Part shown: positions 9,451 to 20,400 of the stretch, piece by piece
Position numbering within the stretch: position 1 is the stretch's first letter
How the letters are laid out: every line of letters begins with the position of its first letter
Source of the DNA: an uncultured candidate division Zixibacteria bacterium
Lineage (GTDB): Bacteria; Zixibacteria; MSB-5A5; UBA10806; 4484-95
Assembly: GCA_963668625.2 (NCBI GenBank)
Contig: CAXXKA010000010.1
Location: forward strand, 320,001-384,000
DNA: 64,000 bases
Reading direction: 5' to 3'
The notes under the pieces: model-generated
Database searches by the model: none
The model's input: the letters and a program-made list of their open reading frames with translations, nothing else
Told to the model about the DNA's origin: nothing
Made by a program: the position numbers and the translations under genes

Positions 9451-10437
9451 TTACACTATAGACAAATTGGCTTTCTGTTTGGGTTTTTCTGTTGCAATCG
9501 AGGGGCTCATTAATTTGATAAATTCATAGACTACCCTGGGGTCGTAGCTGTCGGATTCCGAAAGCAAGATCTCCAGTGTTTTATATGTCGTTATAGAATC
9601 CTGGTAAACACGCTTGGTAGTCATGGCATCGAAACTATCGGCTACTGCGGTAATCATGCCGAACAACGGTATCTCATCGTATTCCTTGCCGTAGGGATAA
9701 CCATGACCGGAGAGGCGTTCGTGGTGCCAGAGTATAGGGGTCAGCGCATTTTTAGGAATAACCGGATTACTGGAGGCAATATCGAGACCGTGCAACACAT
9801 GCTCCTGAATAACTTTAAACTCATCGGCGGTCAACCTGTCGGGCTTATACAATATGCTTTTTGGGATTCTACTTTTACCGATATCATGTAGCATCGCTCC
9901 TAAACCCAGTTCGTACAAATCGGTTTTGCTTATGCCCAGGGCTTTGCCGATTGCCACGCTATAGGTCGCTACATTAGCGCAATGGTTTACCAGGCTATAG
10001 TCCAATGGCATGAGTTCGACTATTTTTTTGAAACCGCCTTCATCTTTCAGGTGAAGATCGATCATGCTTTTAACAACATTGGAGGAACGTTTGATTACAT
10101 CAGGAGAGGTTGGGTTCTGGATCAGGTCGCGGGCTATATTTATACTGCTTTCATATAACAACTGGCGTTTCTTCTCGGGGGCAACCGATGGATCGGCTAA
10201 TATGCCGGGCAGGTTGTTTTCTATATAACGGGCGAATTTGTCACTGTCCTGATTCGATATGAATAATGTCATGACCCCATGATCTATCAGGTTCCTGCGA
10301 ACGCGGTCGTTGAACGGCACTTTACTGGAACGATAAAGCACGAAACCCTGGCGGGTAGTGATAAATAGGTCAACTCCGAGAATCGTATCGATTCTCAAGA
10401 GTTCAAGGTTGATTGGTATGAAATTAGTTTTATCCAC
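9451..10437 (-). CDS. HD-GYP domain protein (putative cyclic dinucleotide phosphodiesterase)
   Basis: LHDIGK, HHERLSGHGYPYG, ADSFDAMTT. Confidence 0.9.
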   Translation of the reverse strand: MDKTNFIPINLELLRIDTILGVDLFITTRQGFVLYRSSKVPFNDRVRRNLIDHGVMTLFISNQDSDKFARYIENNLPGILADPSVAPEKKRQLLYESSINIARDLIQNPTSPDVIKRSSNVVKSMIDLHLKDEGGFKKIVELMPLDYSLVNHCANVATYSVAIGKALGISKTDLYELGLGAMLHDIGKSRIPKSILYKPDRLTADEFKVIQEHVLHGLDIASSNPVIPKNALTPILWHHERLSGHGYPYGKEYDEIPLFGMITAVADSFDAMTTKRVYQDSITTYKTLEILLSESDSYDPRVVYEFIKLMSPSIATEKPKQKANLSIV

Positions 10438-10661
10438 ATTTTATTAATCGGCTTTTTTTCAGGCGATTATAATTATTGAGACTAAAGTTAACCCATTCGA
10501 ATCAGTTTTAAACGATAACCGTGTTTCAAGTCGCATATCCTCATTGTCAGATTAATCTTGCCCCTTATATCCGAGTGTACTATTTTCAATGTAAGCGGCG
10601 CTTATACAGGGAAGGTGGCGTTGCTTTATTATATTCTCGATATGGTGATAAGGAGACGATA

Positions 10662-11201
10662 ATGGATAAACGCGAGCGATTAAAACATCTAATACTGGAA
10701 AAGGCCGTAAAGAGAGGCGACTTTACCCTGGCCTCCGGTCAAAAATCAACTTATTACATTAACGGTAAACTGGTTGCTTTAGACTCCGAGGGATTGGCCT
10801 TGATGGCGGAGTTTTTCTTGGCCGAGATCGAGCAGGACGATATCGAGGCGATCGGTGGGATGGTTATCGGCGCCGATCCGATTGTAGGCGCTATTCTTAC
10901 CACGGCCCATAATAAGGGTATCAAACTCGATGGTTTCCTGGTTCGCAAAGAGCCCAAAGGGCATGGTACCCGTTCGCAGATAGAGGGGCCGGTAAAAGAG
11001 GGCGCTAAGGTTGCGATTATCGAGGATGTCTCCACCACCGGCGGGTCCTCCAAGAAAGCTATTGATGCTCTTAAAGGTCTTGGCTGTGATATAGTCAAGG
11101 TGATAACACTGGTAGATCGTCAGCAGGGAGCCGCCGAGAATTTCGCCAGGTGGGGATACGAGTTCAGTTCGGTATTTACTAAGGAAGAGCTGGGCCTTTA
11201 A
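10662..11201 (+). CDS. pyrE: Orotate phosphoribosyltransferase
   Basis: FTLASGQKSTYY, VRKEPKGHG, IIEDVSTTGGS; AAGGAG before the ATG at 10662. Confidence 0.93.
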   Translation: MDKRERLKHLILEKAVKRGDFTLASGQKSTYYINGKLVALDSEGLALMAEFFLAEIEQDDIEAIGGMVIGADPIVGAILTTAHNKGIKLDGFLVRKEPKGHGTRSQIEGPVKEGAKVAIIEDVSTTGGSSKKAIDALKGLGCDIVKVITLVDRQQGAAENFARWGYEFSSVFTKEELGL

Positions 11202-11397
11202 AAATTTTCGCCGGCCTGGATTATTTCATATATCATTTTATCGAGACGTGAGCAAAACCCATCGAAAGAAATAACGTATAAGTATTTCGAATTACATTTA
11301 AAAGCTACGATTCGATACAACGATTGTTTCCAATGGTTGGGATTACGTTCTCCCGTACAAACTGGTCTGCCTGCTAACGAAAGCTGGCGGACGAGGA

Positions 11398-11572
11398 GGG
11401 GCTGTCCAAAAAGTTTTATACGTTGGGGGATGTAGAGACAGTCACGCCAGTTCTGTCCGGGGGGATGGGGGAGATGGACTGCCTACTCCAAGCGGGGGTT
11501 CGGACAGATCAGTTATCTGTCCTTACGAAAAGATAAAAGATATAGATTCATAAAGGATTTTGGGACAGCCTC
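11398..11572. mobile_element. Putative MITE family B (175 bp) with internal REP-like doublet
   Basis: Imperfect TIR GGGGCTGTCCAAAAA vs GAGGCTGTCCCAAAA (13/15); internal GTAGAGACAG...CTGTCC and CGGACAGAT...ATCTGTCCTTAC hairpins; sits between GCTGGCG and CGCCAGC arms. Confidence 0.6.
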
Positions 11573-12081
11573 GAAACATACGCCAGCCTCTGAACTTATC
11601 GACCTAAAAAAAATACGTCTGGCAGGAATGTCCAACCTCTCAATGTGTATTTAAATGAGCGGCACACGACCGGAGGCCGACTCATAAGCAGATAGATTGC
11701 CGCGTCGTCTCCAGCTCTTTGTATTTATTGCAATACAAAATGTTGAAATGCATATCTACACTTTAGGCGTTGCTCTAAATAGCCCATTTGCATTATCAGC
11801 TCACGGTATTACTCTGGTTATATGATGAAATTAAGCAAAAAGTTATCTCGAGCTGAAAATGTATCATTATAGCATTAACACATATGGTCATTTATAATCA
11901 ATCATTCTGCTAAAACCTTTAGCTAATCGCTATCCGTGTCGATGCAAAATATAACAATATGGTGCAACGTGAAACGCGAACAGGGGGTTAGCGAAAGTAT
12001 TTTGTTAACGTCTGAACCATAAGGAAAATTAATTGTTACAACATCGATATTGCTTAAAAGCAAATGCCTTAAGGAGGTCAT

Positions 12082-13827
12082 ATGAAAAAGGCTTTAATCG
12101 CTACTATGCTGTTACTCAGCATAATTTCCGCGGAATCGCTGGCGACGATCATCAACGTACCTGATGATGTATCGACTATCCAACTCGGTATAAACGCCTG
12201 CGTTAACGGTGATACGGTCCTGGTACAACCGGGGACATATCAGGAGAACATCACTTTCTACTCTTACATTATCACTCTGGCATCATACTACCTGACTACC
12301 GGTGATGAATCCTATATTTCCGCTACGGTTATCGAGGGACATGGTTCTAATCCGGTCGTGATGTTCAGCGATCATGGAGTTAACTCAGCCTATCTTGTCG
12401 GATTCACGATTACCGGCGGTAATACCGCGTACGGTGGAGGTGTTTACAGCACGAACTCCAGTCCGGTAATCATGAATAATATCATTACCGGAAACTACGC
12501 TACATACGGCGGTGGTATTTACAGCATAAACTCCAGTGCGAATATTCACGACAACAAGATTATCGAAAACACCGGCATGTACGGTGGCGGTGTTTGCATA
12601 TTTCAGAATGGAGCTACCCTGAGTACGAATACTATCGAGGGCAATGTCTCCACGGATTGGGGCGGCGGAGTGTTGTTATACTCGACCAGTTGCAATATGT
12701 ATTTGAATATGGTATCGGGTAATTCCGCGGTCACGGGCGGCGGCGTTTATTACTACTATTCGAACGGTATCAGCACCAATAATATCGTGATGGATAACAG
12801 TGCGACCGATGGCGCCGGCATTTACAGCGAAAACGCTAACCCGACTTTCGTGAATAATGTCGTCTACAGTAACCAGGCAACCGGATCGGGAGGCGGGATT
12901 TACAGCCATATGGAAAACGTGCCGTTCGTCGCCAATTCGATTTTCTGGGACAATACGGCCGGTATATACGGGCCACAAATTTACTCGCCCGATGTAACGG
13001 CGGATGTCAGTTATTGTGTGGTTGAGGACGGCTGGCAAGGAGAATATATTATCGATATGAATCCGATGTTCCGGGATGTTGATAACGGAGATTTTCATTT
13101 GATGGCGACCGAATACGGTTACCCTCTTGATTCTCCGTGTATCGATGCGGGGCATCCTGATATTTGGGATTTAACACATGACAGCATGTGGGGACTGGGT
13201 ACTTACCTTAGCGATATAGGCGCATATGGCGGCCGTGATACGGCTCAGGTGTTGCCTGCGCCGATGCTTGTTTCCCCCTCTGACGGCGAGACAGTTGAAG
13301 GATTCGCGCCGATGTTGATGTGGGAGATGGAACCGGGAGCGGACTCGTACGAGGTACAGGTCGATAACGAGACCACGTTCTTGCTGCCCAACCGTGAGTA
13401 TGTATCCAACATGGCCGAGTGGACTGTCGAGCCTGATCTCTTATTCGGGGTCTGGTACTGGCGTGTACGCTCGCATAATCAGCTCGGTTATAGCGATTGG
13501 TCAGAGGTCTGGGAGTTTACTATACTCGGTTCGGATGTTGACGATTCGCCGGAGAATATCGCTCGCGAGTACAGCCTGAGCCAGAGTTATCCCAACCCCT
13601 TTAACGCCCAAACATCCATAACGATTGGTTTACCCGAGGCCGGTCATGTCAGGCTCGATATATACGATATGCTGGGCCGGAAAGTACAGACACTGATCGA
13701 CGGCTACCAGGAGGCAGGATATCATAACGTAACCTGGAACGCGGCCAATCAGAGTTCTGGTATATATCTCTACAGGGTAGAAACCGATAGCTATACCGAG
13801 ACAAAGCGCATGCTTTTGCTGAAGTAG
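12082..13827 (+). CDS. Secreted right-handed beta-helix protein with FN3-like and T9SS-type C-terminal domains
   Basis: Signal peptide, VPDDVSTIQ...GDTVLVQPGTY, GGG(I/V)Y repeats, SPCIDAG, SYPNPFN...KRMLLLK. Confidence 0.8.
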   Translation: MKKALIATMLLLSIISAESLATIINVPDDVSTIQLGINACVNGDTVLVQPGTYQENITFYSYIITLASYYLTTGDESYISATVIEGHGSNPVVMFSDHGVNSAYLVGFTITGGNTAYGGGVYSTNSSPVIMNNIITGNYATYGGGIYSINSSANIHDNKIIENTGMYGGGVCIFQNGATLSTNTIEGNVSTDWGGGVLLYSTSCNMYLNMVSGNSAVTGGGVYYYYSNGISTNNIVMDNSATDGAGIYSENANPTFVNNVVYSNQATGSGGGIYSHMENVPFVANSIFWDNTAGIYGPQIYSPDVTADVSYCVVEDGWQGEYIIDMNPMFRDVDNGDFHLMATEYGYPLDSPCIDAGHPDIWDLTHDSMWGLGTYLSDIGAYGGRDTAQVLPAPMLVSPSDGETVEGFAPMLMWEMEPGADSYEVQVDNETTFLLPNREYVSNMAEWTVEPDLLFGVWYWRVRSHNQLGYSDWSEVWEFTILGSDVDDSPENIAREYSLSQSYPNPFNAQTSITIGLPEAGHVRLDIYDMLGRKVQTLIDGYQEAGYHNVTWNAANQSSGIYLYRVETDSYTETKRMLLLK

Positions 13828-13860
13828 AATATAATGCCGTTTGATCGAAATAGTCGGTAA

Positions 13861-13894
13861 ACGAAAAGCCCTCCATTGCGAGGGCTTTTTTCGT
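13861..13894. terminator. Bidirectional intrinsic terminator
   Basis: AAAAGCCCTC-cattgc-GAGGGCTTTTTT between convergent genes. Confidence 0.8.
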
Positions 13895-13918
13895 GATGAC
13901 ATTTTTGTATAATAGAAA

Positions 13919-14416
13919 TTATTTCACCAGCATCATCTTCCTGGTATTTGAATAATTACCGGCTTGTAACTTATAGAAATACACACCGGAGGAGACATCT
14001 GAGGCATCCCATATTACCTGATGATATCCTGCCGGTTGTTCGCCGTTTTGCAGACATCTGACTTGCCGTCCTAGAATATCGTAGATATTGATAGTGACCT
14101 GTGACTGTATAGGCAGTTCATAGCTTATTACTGTTTGAGCGTTGAACGGGTTGGGGTAGTTTACGGAGAGACTGGTTTGTTTCGGAATTGACATTCCCGT
14201 CTCATCAATATCAACTATTCCATCGCCACCGCTGTAAGCGCCCATATCCGAGCGTATTTCTCCCAAACCCCATTCGCAGTCAAGAAGCGAATCGAGAATA
14301 GTAGGTTTGCCCATATCGATACAGGGCGAATCGATACTATCACCGCATTCGATAGCCATAAGATGGAAATCACCGTTTTCAGGATTGCGGAAGAGAGGAT
14401 CGAGATCAAGGTTCCC
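13919..14416 (-). pseudogene. 5'-truncated remnant of a beta-helix/T9SS-CTD protein paralog
   Basis: Frame reads GNLDLDPLFRNPENGDFHLM...SPCIDMG...NYPNPFN...KMMLVK, homologous to the C-terminal part of 12082..13827; TAG at 14417-14419, no signal peptide. Confidence 0.7.
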
Positions 14417-14544
14417 CTAACCTCTCATTCAAGCCACTAAATTAACACGAGTCTAAATATTAATTTAGCAATAAATCTAAATCTTACAAGAGCTTTCATA
14501 TATTTAACCTTACCTCACAATTCTTGATTTTCTTAAAATATCCC

Positions 14545-14573
14545 TTGACACTCATACCTCAAATTTATACATT
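14545..14573 (+). promoter_or_regulatory. Sigma70-type promoter of groES-groEL
   Basis: TTGACA-N17-TACATT just upstream of CIRCE. Confidence 0.75.
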
Positions 14574-14587
14574 CGCCGGGAACATAA

Positions 14588-14614
14588 TTAGCACTCAATG
14601 CGTTAGAGTGCTAA
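14588..14614. promoter_or_regulatory. CIRCE element (HrcA operator)
   Basis: Exact TTAGCACTC-N9-GAGTGCTAA upstream of groES. Confidence 0.97.
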
Positions 14615-14696
14615 CAGAAGACGATAAGTAAATGGAGTTAAGCAAGTTAAGTAATAGCAACAACTAACAATAAAAGTTCTTTTAAGGAGGAGCTTT

Positions 14697-14981
14697 ATGA
14701 CAATAAAGCCGCTTCAAGACCGAGTTCTGGTTAAAGCTTTAGAGGAAGTCGAAGTTAAAAAAGGCAGTATCATTATCCCCGATACCGCCAAAGAACGCCC
14801 GATGCAGGGTGAAATCGTTGAAGTCGGTCCCGGCAAAGTCGAGGATGGCAAGACTATCGCGATGAGTGTGAAGAAAGGCGACAAGGTGCTCTATGGTAAG
14901 TATTCCGGCACCGAGGTCACCGTTGATGATGTCGAGTACCTGATTATGCGCGAGGCTGATATTCTCGCGATTATCTCATAA
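14697..14981 (+). CDS. groES: Co-chaperonin GroES
   Basis: [35 protein letters not shown]. Confidence 0.98.
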   Translation: MTIKPLQDRVLVKALEEVEVKKGSIIIPDTAKERPMQGEIVEVGPGKVEDGKTIAMSVKKGDKVLYGKYSGTEVTVDDVEYLIMREADILAIIS

Positions 14982-14991
14982 GGAGAATTAA

Positions 14992-16647
<1,656 letters not shown>

Positions 16648-16693
16648 ACCGATTACCTAAATTAAAAATACACAGCAATGTAATTGCATACTT

Positions 16694-16724
16694 AAGAGCG
16701 CTCGGTTTCGGGCGCTCTTTTTTT
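16694..16724 (+). terminator. Intrinsic terminator after groEL
   Basis: AAGAGCGCTCG-gttt-CGGGCGCTCTT followed by a T run. Confidence 0.85.
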
Positions 16725-16732
16725 GTAGGCCT

Positions 16733-16928
16733 GTGGCCGGCAGACATCCCCCGCCTGCCACTTACGGTAGTTCATGCGGTAATTGGGGCAGATGGGGACA
16801 TCTGCCGCCCACGAAAAGTTATCCCGGACTTGATTTGGGAACTAACACTGTGACTGGCATACGTCCTCGTCTGCTGCTTATGGGTAGCGCGCCGGTAAAT
16901 GGGGCAGATGAGGATATTTGCCGCCCAT
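16733..16928. repeat. Two tandem REP-like inverted doublets (GTGG family): 16733-16812 and 16850-16928
   Basis: GTGGCCGGCAGACATCCCCCGCCTGCC...GGCAGATGGGGACATCTGCCGCCCAC and GTGACTGGCATACGTCCTCGTCTGC...GGCAGATGAGGATATTTGCCGCCCAT. Confidence 0.7.
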
Positions 16929-16957
16929 ATAGCCATTTTTTATAAATGAACTTTTCC

Positions 16958-17212
16958 CACTACTGTCCGGTCTTTTCATCTCGTTGCGAAGCGCTGCTTC
17001 GCAACGTGGCTTGTTTGCCGGCAGAATGCGCATTCTACATGATTCAAGAAGGTTTCCAAGCAGCGCTTGGAAACCAGAAAACCAAGCCTAACATCGGCAG
17101 GATATGTCAGGATGAATGATACGCTGAATAAAATAATTATATCGGAAAATATTTTTCATTAACAATTCCAAGGAGAAACTTAAAATTTAACGAAAAACAC
17201 CGGACACTAGTG
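16958..17212. mobile_element. MITE family A, copy 2 (255 bp)
   Basis: TIRs (left CACTACTGTCCGGT); 9-bp TSD AACTTTTCC at 16949-16957 and 17213-17221; two substitutions vs copy 1 by eye. Confidence 0.95.
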
Positions 17213-17310
17213 AACTTTTCCGATAATTAAATGTATAACTTTTCAATTATGAAAACGTAAACTACCGATAAATAGAATGTATATAAGGATGAAAGGATAC
17301 TGATATCAAA

Positions 17311-17727
17311 TTGCTCCCCATTAAATATATCTCCTTAAAATCGCTATACAGAATAGCCGCGATACTTTTCGGGTTGTTCTTACTGACAATCATATTGGTT
17401 GCGGATTTGCGGCCATATTCGTTTTATCGTATATACACTATTCCTTTCGGTGATAAAGTCAGTCATTTTTTATTGATGGGGGGATTCGCGTTCGTGGTTA
17501 ATCTTGCGCTATCGTGTAGAACCTTTGTTTGTAGAAACAGGCGAATTCCAACAGGTTCGGCCATAGTATTAATCCTGGTACTTCTCGAGGAATTTTCGCA
17601 AATCTTTTTCCCCTATAGAACATTTTCTATCGGCGATATAATCGCAGATGTCGGTGGAATCGTAACGTTCAGCTATCTGGCGCTGTGGTTTCAAAGAAAG
17701 CTGAATGCTTATATAAGCAAGCAATAG
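17311..17727 (+). CDS. VanZ-family membrane protein
   Basis: DKVSHFLL, EEFSQIFFPYRTFSIGDIIAD. Confidence 0.8.
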   Translation: MLPIKYISLKSLYRIAAILFGLFLLTIILVADLRPYSFYRIYTIPFGDKVSHFLLMGGFAFVVNLALSCRTFVCRNRRIPTGSAIVLILVLLEEFSQIFFPYRTFSIGDIIADVGGIVTFSYLALWFQRKLNAYISKQ

Positions 17728-17896
17728 CCAATCATGTTTTTGTCTCTGAAGTGTATATTATTCTATCGCTATCAATTTCAACGCCCCTTTGAATTATCCA
17801 GAACAAAATATATATCAATCATGAAAATATTATCAGGTTAATCCTCAGGCTTTCTCTATAGTGAACCAAATTCTACGAAAAATCCAGCCATGAAAT

Positions 17897-18721
17897 TTAC
17901 GCGCGTTTCAATATAAACGGCCTTATCAGAAACGATATCAAATATCCGACGCTGGCTAAAATTATAATTGTCGCGCCGGAGGTAATGCTGAATGCCGCCG
18001 AGATAATCAGGCCGGCAGTGGTGAAGATCGCGCCGAGGATGACGGAGTAAAACATCGTGCGCTCTAAGGTCAGATGGAACTGCACCACGATTGCCGCCGG
18101 TATCGTTAAAAGAGATATCACCAGGATGATTCCGACCGCGCGTATCATCACGACAACGGTTAACGCGATCAAGCAAAACAGGAGGATATTCAGTAATTTT
18201 ACGGGTAACCCGGAGATCACCGCGTGTTCCTCATCGAATGTGAGCGCTTTGAACTCTTTAAACATGGCCAGGGTAATAGCTATGATCACCAGGTCCATCA
18301 CTGCAATGGTGATCAGGTCGGAGGTCGGTACTGTCAGGATATTACCGAACAGGTAGCTCATCAAGTTAGGCGCGTAGCCGGGCGTTTTGTCTATCAGGAA
18401 TATGCCGATTGCCATACCCATAGCCCACATGATACCAACCAGCGTATCCTCTCGTTGTTCGGCGTGGTGGCGCACGGCGGCAATACCGAAAGCTGCCAGC
18501 AGGCTGAATATCATGGCGCCGATAATGGGATTGAATCCGAAGAAGTAGCCCAGCCCGATGCCGCCATAAGCGGTATGGCTGATACCGCCCGCCAGGAATA
18601 CGATCCTCTTGACGACAACGAACGTGCCTATTATACCGCAGGCGACACTTACCAACAAACCGGTTAGTATGGCATGCCGCATGAAATCGAATTGCCAGAG
18701 ATCGGCTAACTGTTCAAGCAT
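17897..18721 (-). CDS. znuB: Zn/Mn ABC transporter permease (ZnuB-like)
   Basis: GISHTAYGGIG, MSYLFGNIL, VGIILVISLLTIPAA. Confidence 0.88.
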   Translation of the reverse strand: MLEQLADLWQFDFMRHAILTGLLVSVACGIIGTFVVVKRIVFLAGGISHTAYGGIGLGYFFGFNPIIGAMIFSLLAAFGIAAVRHHAEQREDTLVGIMWAMGMAIGIFLIDKTPGYAPNLMSYLFGNILTVPTSDLITIAVMDLVIIAITLAMFKEFKALTFDEEHAVISGLPVKLLNILLFCLIALTVVVMIRAVGIILVISLLTIPAAIVVQFHLTLERTMFYSVILGAIFTTAGLIISAAFSITSGATIIILASVGYLISFLIRPFILKRA

Positions 18722-19493
18722 CGTTTTCTCCGTGGCGGTGATGATGGTTTAAAACTCGGTGCGGCGTGCCGTGAGCTATTAAATCTACCGGGCAACCGTA
18801 CACCGATTCGATAACCTCGGGTGTCAGGTCTTTCGATCCGTGATGATGCAGTTTGATGTTCAAGCAGGCAATCGATTTGACGTACTTCGAGATGGCTCCG
18901 ATATCGTGCGAGACCATTATTATCGTCATCGAGCTGTTTAGCTCTTTGAGCAACTCATACAGCCCGGTTTCGGATTCGACATCGATACTGGAGGTAGGCT
19001 CATCCAGGAGCATAATTTTGGGATGCGAGGTCAGGGCGCGGGCGATCAAAACTCGTTGAAGCTGCCCGCCCGATAACTGGCCTATCTGACGTTTCTTGTA
19101 CGACAGCATATCGGTTTTCTTCAATGAATCCTCGGCCAGGTCTTTATCGACTTTGCTGTAATGTTTGAATATCCGAGACTTTCCCAACCGTCCCATCAAC
19201 ACGACATCCCAGACATTTATCGGGTATTGTCTGTCGAAAGTGGTGTACTGCGGAACATAGCCGATCAAAGGTCTATTCTGAGATGGCGATTTACCGAATA
19301 TTCTTACTTTGCCTTTCGATGGCCTGATCAAGCCCAGCAGGGTTTTGAGCAGGGTAGTTTTACCGCCGCCGTTGGGACCGATAATACCGAGGTAATCGCG
19401 ATGTGCGACATTGAAATCTATATCCTCGAGTACTACCAGGCCGTTATATTTTACGTATATGTGGTCGAAACTTATCGCCGGGATTTCACTCAT
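18714..19493 (-). CDS. znuC: Zn/Mn ABC transporter ATP-binding protein (ZnuC-like)
   Basis: GPNGGGKTT, LSGGQLQR, LLDEPT, His-rich tail. Confidence 0.88.
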   Translation of the reverse strand: MSEIPAISFDHIYVKYNGLVVLEDIDFNVAHRDYLGIIGPNGGGKTTLLKTLLGLIRPSKGKVRIFGKSPSQNRPLIGYVPQYTTFDRQYPINVWDVVLMGRLGKSRIFKHYSKVDKDLAEDSLKKTDMLSYKKRQIGQLSGGQLQRVLIARALTSHPKIMLLDEPTSSIDVESETGLYELLKELNSSMTIIMVSHDIGAISKYVKSIACLNIKLHHHGSKDLTPEVIESVYGCPVDLIAHGTPHRVLNHHHRHGENDA

Positions 19494-19495
19494 TT

Positions 19496-20383
19496 TTACC
19501 TTAACGCCTTAAATAATTTCCCCGTTACCAACTCGAGATTGCTGATGTAGGATTTGGCCAATGGATTAATATATTCCACCGTGCCTCCTATTTCGAAAGC
19601 AATCATCTCCGCGCTTTCCGTATTAAACTGAGGCGAGGCAAAAATTGTTTTGATATTTTTTTCGTGGGAGATTTCTATCAGTTTTTTCAAATCATGAGCG
19701 TGAGGCTCTTTACCCTCCACCTCCATGGCCACCTGGTTCAAGCCGTAATCGCGGGCGTAATATGACCAGGAGGGGTGAAAAATAATGAAGTCTCTCTTGC
19801 TGACTATCGCCAGTTTATTTTTTATCTCCAGGTCGAGTTGATCGAGTTTGTTTTTGTAAATCGGGGCGTTTTTCTCGTATACCTTGATATGTTCGGGATC
19901 GACGGCGATCAAGCCTCTGGTGATATTATCCACCATGATTTTGGCGTTTAACGGCGAACACCAGATATGCGGGTCCTGCCCGTGATGCTCCTGTCCCTCG
20001 TGATGGTGTTCCGTGCCACTTATCATCTCGATCCCCTCGGAACAATCGAATACTTTCATATCAGGGCTCAAGCTTTCGATTTTTTCCAGCCAAACGTTTT
20101 CAAAAGGCAGGCCGGAGCCGAGTTTGAAATATGCCCTGGCTTTGCTGATACGCCTCATCTGATCGGGGGAGAGTTCGTAAGTCGCCGGGCTCGCGCCGGG
20201 AGGTATCATCACCATAATCTCTATCGGGAATTCACCGGCTATTTGCTCGACGAATTCTTGCTGCGGAAGAATCGTTACAGCCACCAGGGTAGTATCGGTG
20301 TGGGAGGCCGAACAGCTCAAAAAGAGGATTGCTCCCAGCAGAAACAATATGTACTGATATTTATTCAATTCTATCCTCATCAA
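19496..20383 (-). CDS. znuA: Zn ABC transporter substrate-binding lipoprotein (ZnuA-like)
   Basis: Lipobox-like FLSC, PPGASPATYE, His-rich loop, DPHIW, FHPSWSY, EGKEP. Confidence 0.88.
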   Translation of the reverse strand: MMRIELNKYQYILFLLGAILFLSCSASHTDTTLVAVTILPQQEFVEQIAGEFPIEIMVMIPPGASPATYELSPDQMRRISKARAYFKLGSGLPFENVWLEKIESLSPDMKVFDCSEGIEMISGTEHHHEGQEHHGQDPHIWCSPLNAKIMVDNITRGLIAVDPEHIKVYEKNAPIYKNKLDQLDLEIKNKLAIVSKRDFIIFHPSWSYYARDYGLNQVAMEVEGKEPHAHDLKKLIEISHEKNIKTIFASPQFNTESAEMIAFEIGGTVEYINPLAKSYISNLELVTGKLFKALR

Positions 20384-20400
20384 TATTATGCGTTAAAGTT

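Noticed and set aside
11600-12080. Long leader upstream of the beta-helix gene as a possible riboswitch
   Set aside because: No riboswitch consensus recognised by eye; an Rfam cmscan would be needed
14417-14419. In-frame TAG as possible pyrrolysine or readthrough
   Set aside because: Another stop lies four codons upstream and homology then disappears; decay is the simpler explanation
16733-16945. 70-aa ORF, and possible CRISPR-like repeats, downstream of groEL
   Set aside because: The ORF only spans REP doublets; the repeats are inverted, degenerate and few, with no cas genes
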